A DNA stretch of 11,693 bases from the NCBI GenBank assembly GCA_050177605.1, contig JBFXGX010000014.1:31731-43423 (forward strand), in the 5' to 3' direction. Numbering within the stretch: position 1 is the first letter of the stretch; every line of letters begins with the position of its first letter. Origin of the DNA: Candidatus Izemoplasmatales bacterium. Lineage in GTDB: Bacteria; Bacillota_I; Bacilli_A; Izemoplasmatales; Hujiaoplasmataceae. Under the pieces are notes generated by a model. That model had not been told where the DNA came from, did no database searches, and worked only from the letters and a program-made list of their open reading frames with translations. This document shows positions 1-7,955 of the stretch, piece by piece. The position numbers and the translations under genes are program-made.

Positions 1-114
1 TCAGTGAAGTATATGAATCTTTATCCTCGGGAATGGTCTCATATGACGACCATCAATCATCTACCAACACTTAAAAAGAAAATTGATGCTTTCTGGAAAG
101 AAGGGAATATTTGA
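1..114 (+). CDS. 3' end of an unidentified CDS (partial, 5' truncated)
   Basis: Frame 1 is open from base 1 (SVKYMNLYPREWSHMTTINHLPTLKKKIDAFWKEGNI) to TGA at 112-114. The stop overlaps the next ATG (TGATG), typical of translational coupling. Too short to assign a family. Confidence 0.65.
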   Translation, partial: SVKYMNLYPREWSHMTTINHLPTLKKKIDAFWKEGNI

Positions 115-1223
115 TGAAAAATCTATTGAAAAGACTACTCAGATTAGTTCTACTGATCGTCATTATTATCACCGTTTTGATTCTCTCAATCAACGTTCCA
201 ATCACGGTGATAAGTAAGGATGAAAGTCAGAACACTTATGAAAATTGGATGTCAGAGACCCTTTCAAATGATCAATTGATTATTGATACTGCAATGCTTG
301 GAGCGCACGATGCATTCACTTCAGATATGACATTCTTTAGCAAGGTAGACGAGTCTAGTGCAGACAGTATTCAAACTGGGTTGACTGGACTACTCATTAA
401 AGGATTATCCTATCGACAATCAAAAACACAAGTCTCTGATATTACGACGTTACTTGAAATGGGCGTACGCTATTTTGATATGAGATTATCTTTTAACGAA
501 GATTGTGATTGTTATATGACAGCACATACCTATTTCAGTACAAAGGCAGAAGATGTACTTGCTGATTTAGAAAGTTTTTTATCGACCCACCCTGGAGAAT
601 TTGTGATTCTTGATATTCAACATGTAAATGGCGTAGACTACACAGACATGGCAGCGTTTAATCAAGTAAGCAGTTTGTTTTCTGATGCAGATTTAGAAAA
701 TTATATGATTGATGAAACGAAAGCGCTGAGTCAAATCACCTACGGCGACATTACAGATGATGGAACTCGGGGAGGACTGATTGTCCTCACAAAATTCGAT
801 GAATCCAATCCGCTATTCTTTTCCTATCAATCAAGCATTCGTTCTGCGTGGGCAAACACTGATAGTATCGATTCACTCAATCAATTTCTTGACAATGAAG
901 CTTCTTTAATTACTGCAGGAGAAGCAATGACTGGGAACCAAGTGAGTGAGAACCAACAAGAGATCGACTCACTCAGTGCATTTAGAGTGATGCAAGGAGT
1001 ATTGACAATGCAAATGTCAGTAGATGGAATTATTGAAGGACTTCGTACATGGTCACTCATTGAACGAGCAATCGATGCGAATACAAGTCTTATCGAAAAT
1101 GATCATTTTGATACATGGTTAGAAGCTATGCCAATTGTGATGGTCGATTACGCTGATTCTAATCATTCTGACTTTTTGGATAAAATAATGCAAAAAATTA
1201 TCGATTTTAACGAAAATTTGTAA
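114..1223 (+). CDS. Membrane-anchored/exported PI-PLC X-domain (PLC-like) phosphodiesterase
   Basis: Basic N-terminus plus hydrophobic helix (LVLLIVIIITVLILSINVP). Motifs NWMS, LGAHDA (cf. PGTHDS catalytic His), TQ, GVRYFDMR (cf. GIRYFDLR), second His in TAHT, HPGEFVILD and terminal IVMVDY. SD-like GAAGGG at 100-105. ATG 114 preferred over TTG 111. Confidence 0.85.
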   Translation: MKNLLKRLLRLVLLIVIIITVLILSINVPITVISKDESQNTYENWMSETLSNDQLIIDTAMLGAHDAFTSDMTFFSKVDESSADSIQTGLTGLLIKGLSYRQSKTQVSDITTLLEMGVRYFDMRLSFNEDCDCYMTAHTYFSTKAEDVLADLESFLSTHPGEFVILDIQHVNGVDYTDMAAFNQVSSLFSDADLENYMIDETKALSQITYGDITDDGTRGGLIVLTKFDESNPLFFSYQSSIRSAWANTDSIDSLNQFLDNEASLITAGEAMTGNQVSENQQEIDSLSAFRVMQGVLTMQMSVDGIIEGLRTWSLIERAIDANTSLIENDHFDTWLEAMPIVMVDYADSNHSDFLDKIMQKIIDFNENL

Positions 1224-1235
1224 TATATATATAAT
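1207..1235 (+). promoter_or_regulatory. Putative upstream sigma70/sigmaA promoter P1 of the S10 cluster
   Basis: -35 TTAACG (1207-1212, 4/6 match), 17-bp spacer, perfect -10 TATAAT (1230-1235). AT-rich context lowers specificity. Confidence 0.5.
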
Positions 1236-1271
1236 AAGGAAAAAAAGTCCTAAATTTCGAGTAAAAAAGGC

Positions 1272-1300
1272 TTGCTTTCTAGTTTTAAATCTGTTAAAAT
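1272..1300 (+). promoter_or_regulatory. sigma70/sigmaA promoter P2 of the S10 cluster with extended -10
   Basis: -35 TTGCTT (1272-1277), 17-bp spacer, TG at 1292-1293 and -10 TAAAAT (1295-1300). A-tracts upstream (1240-1246, 1263-1268) resemble an UP element. Confidence 0.8.
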
Positions 1301-1306
1301 GTTAAA

Positions 1307-1443
1307 TGCCTGTCGTATGCAGGTAAGGCGTAGACTTGTGAGGTTGCTGACACACACATAGCCGTTGTCATGTGTTATACATGGTCAGGGAATTCACAAC
1401 GAGCAAGTATATAAGCGAATTTATATGCAAAGGAGGAAACATC
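1307..1443 (+). ncRNA. Structured rpsJ (S10 operon) 5' leader, putative cis-regulatory r-protein leader
   Basis: Stems: TGCCTG/CAGGTA (1307-1312/1320-1325); TTGTGAG/TTCACAA (1336-1342/1393-1399); CTGAC/GTCAG (1347-1351/1384-1388); ACACAT/ATGTGT (1354-1359/1370-1375); GTATATAA/TTATATGC (1407-1414/1421-1428), directly before SD AAGGAGG (1430-1436). GAGGTTGCTGACACAC resembles the motif I recall upstream of rpsJ in Bacilli. Confidence 0.75.
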
Positions 1444-1752
1444 ATGGCAGCAAATCAAGTAATTAGAATTAGATTAAAATCTTATGATCACAGACTCTTA
1501 GATCAATCCGCAAAGAAAATCGTGGACACTGCTAAAAAAACAGGGGCTACTGTATCGGGGCCAATTCCACTTCCAACGGAAAAAGAAATCTTCACAATCT
1601 TAAGAAGTCCACACGTGAACAAAGATTCTCGTGAACAATTCGAAAGAAGAACTCACAAGAGATTAATCGACATCATCAATCCATCTGCTAAAACAATTGA
1701 TTCATTAATGCACTTGGATTTACCATCAGGCGTCGATATCGTATTAAAGTAA
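1444..1752 (+). CDS. rpsJ: 30S ribosomal protein S10 (uS10), 102 aa
   Basis: [36 protein letters not shown]. The true start is ATG 1444 after SD AAGGAGG, not 1372 as in the ORF track. Confidence 0.99.
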   Translation: MAANQVIRIRLKSYDHRLLDQSAKKIVDTAKKTGATVSGPIPLPTEKEIFTILRSPHVNKDSREQFERRTHKRLIDIINPSAKTIDSLMHLDLPSGVDIVLK

Positions 1753-1811
1753 TTTAAAAACCATAACATGAAAACAAACAAAGTAATTAAAAATCTATAG
1801 GAGGTGTACTC

Positions 1812-2444
1812 ATGGCAAAAGGTATCTTAGGAAGAAAAGTAGGAATGACTCAAGTATTTGACAATGAAGGAAGAATGATTCCGGTTACTGTAATCGAAAT
1901 CACACCAAACGTTGTCCTACAAAAGAAAACTGTTGAAACTGACGGATACGAAGCTGTTCAATTAGGGTTCATGGAAAAACGTGCTAATATCGTTAACAAA
2001 CCTTTATCTGGACTATTCGCAAAAGTTGGCGTCACACCTAAGCGCTACGTAAAAGAGATTCGTCTTTCAGGAATGACTGAATACGAAGTCGGCCAAGAGG
2101 TCAAATGTGATATATTTGCCGCTGGTGATTATGTAGACGTACAAGGTGTATCAAAAGGGAAAGGTTATCAAGGTGTGATCAAACGTCACCACTTTAAAAC
2201 CGGTCCAAACGCACACGGTTCGAAATATCATCGTGGTGTTGGTTCGATGGGAACCATCGCTCCAAACAGAATTCGAAAAGGCAAGAAAATGCCTGGTAGA
2301 ATGGGTCATGTAACTGTTACTATCCAAAACCTAGTCGTTGTACGCGCTGATGAAGCTAACAACATTTTATTAGTTAAAGGAAATGTACCAGGAGCAAATA
2401 AATCATTAGTCGTCATTAAAAACGCACATAAAAAATCTAAATAG
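1812..2444 (+). CDS. rplC: 50S ribosomal protein L3 (uL3)
   Basis: [50 protein letters not shown]; canonical position. Confidence 0.99.
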   Translation: MAKGILGRKVGMTQVFDNEGRMIPVTVIEITPNVVLQKKTVETDGYEAVQLGFMEKRANIVNKPLSGLFAKVGVTPKRYVKEIRLSGMTEYEVGQEVKCDIFAAGDYVDVQGVSKGKGYQGVIKRHHFKTGPNAHGSKYHRGVGSMGTIAPNRIRKGKKMPGRMGHVTVTIQNLVVVRADEANNILLVKGNVPGANKSLVVIKNAHKKSK

Positions 2445-2471
2445 GACAATATTAGAAAGGAGGAAATTGCT

Positions 2472-3095
2472 ATGCCTAAATTAGCACTCTTAAACCAAGC
2501 AGGAGAATCTGTAGGAAATATAAATTTAGCTGATTCCGTTTTCGGAGTAGAATCAAACCAACAAGTAATGTATGATGTAGTAAAACAACAAAGAGCTGCA
2601 ATGCGCCAAGGTACAAACAAAACTAAAACGCGTACTGAAGTTGCTGGCGGTGGACGTAAACCATATCGTCAAAAAGGAACTGGACATGCTCGTCAAGGAT
2701 CCATTCGTGCTCCACAATGGGTTGGTGGTGGTATCGTATTCGGTCCTACACCAAGAAGCTATGATTATAAAATCAATAAGAAAATTCGTCGTTTAGCATT
2801 AAAAATTGCTCTTTCTGATAAAGTCAGAGAAGAAAGTTTAGTGGCAGTCGACAAATTAGTATTAGAATCATTCAAAACAAAAGGAATGGTTCAAGTCTTA
2901 AATAACTTAAAGGTATCAGGAAAAACAATGGTTGTTCTTGAAAGTGTAAACGAACTCGTTGACATCGCAACAAGAAACTTACCAAACGTTACCACTGTTA
3001 CATTCGATCATACATCAGTGTATGACATCTTAAATGCGAATTATATCGTCGCAACTGAAGAAGCACTAAAGAAAATTGAGGAGGCTTTGAATTAA
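2472..3095 (+). CDS. rplD: 50S ribosomal protein L4 (uL4)
   Basis: RQGT..TKTR.EV.GGGRKP.RQKGTG.ARQGSIRAPQWVGGG..FGP; SD AAGGAGG. Confidence 0.99.
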   Translation: MPKLALLNQAGESVGNINLADSVFGVESNQQVMYDVVKQQRAAMRQGTNKTKTRTEVAGGGRKPYRQKGTGHARQGSIRAPQWVGGGIVFGPTPRSYDYKINKKIRRLALKIALSDKVREESLVAVDKLVLESFKTKGMVQVLNNLKVSGKTMVVLESVNELVDIATRNLPNVTTVTFDHTSVYDILNANYIVATEEALKKIEEALN

Positions 3096-3096
3096 T

Positions 3097-3378
3097 ATGG
3101 ATAAATATCAAGTAATCAAACGCCCAGTCGTTTCTGAAAAGTCTGCAAGACTAGCTTCTGATCGTAAATATACGTTTGAAGTAGATAAAAATGCAAACAA
3201 GATTCAAATCAAAGAAGCTATCGAAGCTTTATTTGAAGTTGAAGTCGAAAAAGTGAATGTCATGAATGGAAAACCTAAAGCAAAAAGAGTAGGTCAATAC
3301 TCTGGTTTCACAGCTGCTGTATCAAAAGCTGTTGTAACGCTTAAAGAAGGTTACAAGATTGACGTTTACACAGCGTAG
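3097..3378 (+). CDS. rplW: 50S ribosomal protein L23 (uL23)
   Basis: IKRPVVSEKS, YTFEVDKNANKIQIKEAIE.LF.V.V..VN; SD GAGGAGG within the rplD 3' end. Confidence 0.99.
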   Translation: MDKYQVIKRPVVSEKSARLASDRKYTFEVDKNANKIQIKEAIEALFEVEVEKVNVMNGKPKAKRVGQYSGFTAAVSKAVVTLKEGYKIDVYTA

Positions 3379-3393
3379 TGGGAGGAATAACTA

Positions 3394-4224
3394 ATGGCTA
3401 TTATAAATTATAAACCACGTACCCCTGGTACTCGTGGAATGTCAAAGTTGGATTATGCAGAAATCACAACTTCTAAGCCAGAGAAATCATTATTAGCACC
3501 TTTGAAAAAAGAAGGTGGAAGAAATAATCAAGGTAAAATTACTGTCCGTCACCAAGCTGGTGGAGCTAAAAGAAAATACCGCGTTATTGACTTCAAAAGA
3601 AATAAAGATGGAATCTTAGGAAAAGTAGCATCAATCGAATACGATCCAAACAGAAGTGCGAACATTGCATTAATCGCCTACACTGATGGAGAAAAACGTT
3701 ACATCTTAGCACCAAAAGGATTACAAGTAGGTTCATTCGTTACATCAGGCGAATCAGTAGATATCGTTGTTGGTAATGCAATGCCAATCAAAAATATTCC
3801 TGTTGGTACTGTGATTCATAACATTGAATTATATCCTGGAAAAGGTGGTCAATTAATTCGTGCCGCTGGAACAAGCGCTCAAATTCTTGGTCGTGAAGAA
3901 AGATACGTACTTGTACGTTTAAAATCAGGTGAAGTGCGCCGTATCTTAGGTGTTTGCCGTGCAACAGTTGGTGAAGTTGGTAATGAATTCCACGAGCTAG
4001 TTAAAATTGGTAAAGCCGGAAGAAAAAGACACATGGGTGTTAAACCTACAGTCCGTGGTTCTGTTATGAACCCTGTGGACCATCCTCACGGTGGTGGAGA
4101 AGGTCGTCAACCAGTTGGACATCCAAGTCCACTTACTCCTTGGGGTAAAGTTGCTCTTGGTAAGATTACTAGAAAACACAAATTAGCTAGCAATAAACTT
4201 ATTGTTAGAAGAAGAAATAAATAG
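3394..4224 (+). CDS. rplB: 50S ribosomal protein L2 (uL2)
   Basis: [47 protein letters not shown]. Confidence 0.99.
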   Translation: MAIINYKPRTPGTRGMSKLDYAEITTSKPEKSLLAPLKKEGGRNNQGKITVRHQAGGAKRKYRVIDFKRNKDGILGKVASIEYDPNRSANIALIAYTDGEKRYILAPKGLQVGSFVTSGESVDIVVGNAMPIKNIPVGTVIHNIELYPGKGGQLIRAAGTSAQILGREERYVLVRLKSGEVRRILGVCRATVGEVGNEFHELVKIGKAGRKRHMGVKPTVRGSVMNPVDHPHGGGEGRQPVGHPSPLTPWGKVALGKITRKHKLASNKLIVRRRNK

Positions 4225-4242
4225 GAAAGGAGGAACTCAAGT

Positions 4243-4530
4243 ATGTCACGTTCAGTTAAAAAAGGTCCATTTTGCGATGATCATTTAATGAAAAAAGTCG
4301 TTGAAGCAAACAAAACAAATTCCAAAAAAGTGATTCAAACATGGTCAAGACGTTCAACAATATTTCCACAATTTGTTGGATTAACCATTGGTGTACATAA
4401 TGGAAAGGAACACATTCCAGTATACGTCACTGAAGATATGGTTGGTCACAAGTTAGGAGAGTTCTCTCCAACTAGAACCTACCGCGGCCATGCGGATAAA
4501 AAAGTTGTTAAGAAAGCAGGAGGCAAATAA
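4243..4530 (+). CDS. rpsS: 30S ribosomal protein S19 (uS19)
   Basis: [35 protein letters not shown]. Confidence 0.99.
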   Translation: MSRSVKKGPFCDDHLMKKVVEANKTNSKKVIQTWSRRSTIFPQFVGLTIGVHNGKEHIPVYVTEDMVGHKLGEFSPTRTYRGHADKKVVKKAGGK

Positions 4531-4865
4531 TGGAAGCGAAAGCAAAAGTTAACACTGTCAGAATTGCGCCTCGTAAAGTCCGTTTAGTCGTAGATTTAAT
4601 CAGAGGTAAACAAGTAGGAGAAGCTTACGCAATCCTAAGAAATACTCCAAGAGGAGCAACAAAAGTTGTGGAAAAATTATTAAAGTCTGCTGTCGCGAAT
4701 GCAGAACACAACTATCAATTAGACCAAGATAAATTATTCGTTAAAGAAATTTATGTTGGTGAAGGCAAAACTTTAAAGAGAATGCAACCACATTCTCAAG
4801 GTAGAGGATTTGCAATCTTAAAAAGAACCAGCCACATCTTTATTACCGTGGCTGAGAAAGAATAA
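4530..4865 (+). CDS. rplV: 50S ribosomal protein L22 (uL22)
   Basis: [37 protein letters not shown] overlap with rpsS. Confidence 0.99.
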   Translation: MEAKAKVNTVRIAPRKVRLVVDLIRGKQVGEAYAILRNTPRGATKVVEKLLKSAVANAEHNYQLDQDKLFVKEIYVGEGKTLKRMQPHSQGRGFAILKRTSHIFITVAEKE

Positions 4866-4876
4866 GGAGGGATTTT

Positions 4877-5524
4877 ATGGGACAAAAGGTTAGTCCAATA
4901 GGGCAAAGAATCGGTGTCATTCTAGACTGGGAATCCAGATGGTATGCAGATAAGAATGATGTTGCAGTTCTTTTACATGAAGACATTAAAATTCGCGACT
5001 TATTAAATGATTTATACAAAAATGCTAGTATCTCTAAAATTGAAATCGAAAGAAGTAAATCTAGAGTTATTATCACAGTGAATACAGCAAAACCTGGTAT
5101 GGTTATTGGCCGTAACGGAGAAACAAAAAATGCTGTTGTTGAAAAATTAAAATCATTAACAAGTAAAGAAGTATTCTTGAACGTTGTTGAAATTAAAAGA
5201 GCAGAACTTGATGCGAAATTAGTAGCAGAAAGTATTGCAAAACAATTAGAAAACCGTGCATCATTCAGAAGAGTACAAAAAGTAGCAATCCAAAGAGCAC
5301 TAAAAGCTGGTGCTAAAGGATGTAGAACTTTAATCTCTGGACGTCTAGCTGGCGCTGAAATGGCACGTAGTGAAGGTTATAGTGAAGGTAACGTTCCTTT
5401 ACATACTTTAAGAGCTAACATTGACTACGCATTAGCAGAAGCAATGACTACCTATGGAAAATTAGGTGTTAAAGTATGGATTTATAAAGGTGAAGTTCTT
5501 CCGACAAAAAAGGAGGCTAAATAA
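4877..5524 (+). CDS. rpsC: 30S ribosomal protein S3 (uS3)
   Basis: MGQKV.P.G.R.G, KPGMVIG (KH domain), [34 protein letters not shown]. Confidence 0.99.
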   Translation: MGQKVSPIGQRIGVILDWESRWYADKNDVAVLLHEDIKIRDLLNDLYKNASISKIEIERSKSRVIITVNTAKPGMVIGRNGETKNAVVEKLKSLTSKEVFLNVVEIKRAELDAKLVAESIAKQLENRASFRRVQKVAIQRALKAGAKGCRTLISGRLAGAEMARSEGYSEGNVPLHTLRANIDYALAEAMTTYGKLGVKVWIYKGEVLPTKKEAK

Positions 5525-5526
5525 TT

Positions 5527-5952
5527 ATGTTAATGCCTAAAAGAACGAAATATCGCCGTCCTCACCGTGTTAGTTACGAAGGAAAAGCAAAAGGTGGAGA
5601 CCAAATTTCTTTTGGAGAATTTGGATTAGTCGCTTTAGAAGGTGCTTGGATTAATGCTCGTCAAATCGAAGCAAGCCGTATTGCGATGACTCGTTACATG
5701 AAAAGATCTGGTCAAGTATGGATTAAAATTTTCCCTCACTTGGCAAAAACAAAAAAACCAATGGAAGTTCGTATGGGATCCGGTAAAGGTTCTCCAGAAG
5801 AATGGGTAGCAGTTGTTAAACAAGGTGTTGTGATGTTTGAAATTGCTGGTGTTAGTGAAGAAGTTGCGAAAGAAGCTTTAAGACTTGCATCACACAAACT
5901 TCCAATCAAAACAAAATTCGTGAAGAAAGTGAGTGGTGAAAATAATGCTTAA
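5527..5952 (+). CDS. rplP: 50S ribosomal protein L16 (uL16)
   Basis: [38 protein letters not shown]. Confidence 0.99.
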   Translation: MLMPKRTKYRRPHRVSYEGKAKGGDQISFGEFGLVALEGAWINARQIEASRIAMTRYMKRSGQVWIKIFPHLAKTKKPMEVRMGSGKGSPEEWVAVVKQGVVMFEIAGVSEEVAKEALRLASHKLPIKTKFVKKVSGENNA

Positions 5953-6139
5953 TGTTAAAGAAATCCGTAAAATGGATAATGCCACTATTACTACTGAAAT
6001 CGAAAACTTAAAACATGAATTATTTAACCTTCGTATGAAACATGCGACAGGGCAATTAGAAAATACTGCACGATTAAATACTGTAAGAAAGACCATCGCT
6101 AGAATGTTGACGATTCTTACAGAAAGAGAAGAGAAGTAG
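5945..6139 (+). CDS. rpmC: 50S ribosomal protein L29 (uL29), 64 aa
   Basis: LKHELFNLR...ATGQLEN..RL..VRKTIAR. ATG 5945 (8-nt overlap with rplP, GGTG SD upstream) preferred over GTG 5933. Confidence 0.97.
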   Translation: MLNVKEIRKMDNATITTEIENLKHELFNLRMKHATGQLENTARLNTVRKTIARMLTILTEREEK

Positions 6140-6151
6140 GAGGATACATAT

Positions 6152-6409
6152 ATGGAAAATAATCATAAAGTGTTTACTGGAACGGTTGTATCTGATAAAA
6201 ACGATAAAACAATTACAGTACTAGTAACAACATATAAAAAGCATCCTTTATACAACAAACGAGTTATTTCGTCTAAGAAATTTAGAGCTCACGATGAAAA
6301 CAATTCAGCGAAAACTGGTGATGTTGTAAAAATTATGGAATGCCGTCCATTATCTGCTACTAAAAGATTCCGTTTAGTTGAAATTGTTCAACAAAACGTG
6401 ATTCTTTAG
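6152..6409 (+). CDS. rpsQ: 30S ribosomal protein S17 (uS17)
   Basis: [36 protein letters not shown]. Confidence 0.99.
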   Translation: MENNHKVFTGTVVSDKNDKTITVLVTTYKKHPLYNKRVISSKKFRAHDENNSAKTGDVVKIMECRPLSATKRFRLVEIVQQNVIL

Positions 6410-6428
6410 AGCTTAAGGAGGAATTATC

Positions 6429-6797
6429 ATGATACAACAAGAGACAAGATTAAAAATCGCTGACAACTCTGGAGCCAAAGAAATCCTTACAATCAAAGTT
6501 TTAGGTGGAACAAGCCGCAAATACGCTACAATTGGTGATATTATCATTGCGACTGTGAAAGCTGCAACTCCTGGTGGGATTGTTAAAAAAGGTGAAGTAG
6601 TAAAAGCTGTAATCGTGAGAACAAGAAAAGAAATTCGTCGTGCAGATGGATCATTCATTAAATTTGATGACAATGCAGCAGTAATCATTAAAGATGACAA
6701 ATCTCCAAAAGGGACTCGTATCTTTGGACCTGTTGCACGTGAGTTAAGAGAAGCTGAATTTACCAAAATCGTTTCATTAGCTCCTGAAGTGTTATAA
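6429..6797 (+). CDS. rplN: 50S ribosomal protein L14 (uL14)
   Basis: [41 protein letters not shown]. Confidence 0.99.
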   Translation: MIQQETRLKIADNSGAKEILTIKVLGGTSRKYATIGDIIIATVKAATPGGIVKKGEVVKAVIVRTRKEIRRADGSFIKFDDNAAVIIKDDKSPKGTRIFGPVARELREAEFTKIVSLAPEVL

Positions 6798-6808
6798 GGA
6801 GGATTATC

Positions 6809-7147
6809 ATGAAATTAAAAAAAGGCGATAAAGTCGTTATAATCTCTGGATCTGACAAAGGAAAACAAGGAACGATTGCGAAAATCTTAAAAAAGTCCGA
6901 AAGAGTACTTCTTGACGGAGAAGGTTTAAGAAAAGTTAAAAAACATTTAAAACCATCTCAAATCAATCCTGATGGTGGAATTATGGATGTTCAAAAACCA
7001 ATCCATGTTTCTAATGTCATGTTATTAGACCCAAAAACAAAAAAACCAACAAGAGTTGGATTTAAAACAATTACAAAAAAAGTTAAAAAAGAAACTAAAG
7101 AAGTGACTGTTAGATATGCTAAGCAATCTGGCGAAGTCTTAGAATAA
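6809..7147 (+). CDS. rplX: 50S ribosomal protein L24 (uL24)
   Basis: KOW motif KKGDKV.IISG.DKGKQG, KKH.KP...NP.GGI, PIHVSNV, TRVGF. Confidence 0.98.
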   Translation: MKLKKGDKVVIISGSDKGKQGTIAKILKKSERVLLDGEGLRKVKKHLKPSQINPDGGIMDVQKPIHVSNVMLLDPKTKKPTRVGFKTITKKVKKETKEVTVRYAKQSGEVLE

Positions 7148-7163
7148 TGAAGGGAGAATATAG

Positions 7164-7706
7164 ATGAACCGTTTACAAGAAAAATACAAAAGTGAAATTG
7201 TTCCAGCTTTACAAGCAAAGTTTAATTATTCTTCCGTCATGGAAACTCCAAAAATTTCTAAAATAGTAATTAATATTGGAGTTGGAGACGCAGTTACAAA
7301 CTCCAAAGTATTAGATGATGCCGTTAATGAATTGACAATTATCACGGGACAAAAACCTTTAGTAACCAAAGCAAAAAAATCAATCGCGACTTTCAAACTT
7401 CGTGAAGGAATGCCAATTGGTTGCAAAGTAACACTTCGCGGTGAAAGAATGTATCAATTCTTTGATAAACTCATTACCATTGCATTACCACGTGTTCGTG
7501 ACTTCCGCGGAATCAATCCTAAAGGATTTGATGGTAGAGGAAACTACACGCTAGGTGTAAAAGAACAATTGATTTTCCCAGAAATCAATTACGATAAAGT
7601 AAACAAAATTCGTGGAATGGACATTGTCATTGTGACAACAGCCAAAACTGATCAAGAAAGTTTTGAATTGTTAAAACTATATGGCATGCCATTTAGAAAG
7701 AACTAA
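7164..7706 (+). CDS. rplE: 50S ribosomal protein L5 (uL5)
   Basis: [47 protein letters not shown]. Confidence 0.99.
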   Translation: MNRLQEKYKSEIVPALQAKFNYSSVMETPKISKIVINIGVGDAVTNSKVLDDAVNELTIITGQKPLVTKAKKSIATFKLREGMPIGCKVTLRGERMYQFFDKLITIALPRVRDFRGINPKGFDGRGNYTLGVKEQLIFPEINYDKVNKIRGMDIVIVTTAKTDQESFELLKLYGMPFRKN

Positions 7707-7718
7707 AGGAGGCGTACG

Positions 7719-7904
7719 ATGGCAAAAACATCAATGAAAGTCAGACAAAAACGTGGTTCAAAATTCCCGGTTAGAGACTATACTAGATGCGAACGTTGTG
7801 GACGTCCTCATTCAGTCTATCGCAAATTTAAACTATGTCGTATTTGTTTCCGTGAGCTAGCTTACAAAGGACAAATACCTGGCGTTAAAAAAGCAAGTTG
7901 GTAA
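7719..7904 (+). CDS. rpsN: 30S ribosomal protein S14, zinc-binding type Z (C+), 61 aa
   Basis: RCERCGR...[20 protein letters not shown] with all four Cys (also annotated rpsZ). Confidence 0.99.
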   Translation: MAKTSMKVRQKRGSKFPVRDYTRCERCGRPHSVYRKFKLCRICFRELAYKGQIPGVKKASW

Positions 7905-7955
7905 TTAATATGATGAAATTAGATTCCTATTTATTAAGGAAGGAGGCATTATAAT

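Noticed and set aside
1221..1256. (TA)n run and AGGA/TCCT inverted repeat as a PLC terminator or repeat element
   Set aside because: The stem is only 4 bp with no U-tract, and the TA run is short and expected in AT-rich DNA.
1372..1443. 24-aa N-terminal extension of S10 or a leader peptide (ORF track start at 1372)
   Set aside because: No SD before the GTG at 1372, it lies inside the leader helix, and a strong SD precedes ATG 1444, which gives a normal 102-aa S10.
1753..1811. A-rich rpsJ-rplC spacer as a regulatory element or small ORF
   Set aside because: No stable pairing, promoter consensus or SD-led ORF; it looks like an unstructured translation-enhancing spacer.
5933..5944. GTG start for rpmC
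   Set aside because: This segment overlaps the likely SD; ATG 5945 gives a typical L29 length.
7140..7230. E. coli-type S8 operator at the rplX-rplE junction
   Set aside because: No convincing helix mimicking the 16S S8 site could be found by eye.
7950..7955. Perfect TATAAT before rpsH as an internal promoter
   Set aside because: It sits between the SD and the ATG, so a transcript would start inside rpsH; no good -35 is present.
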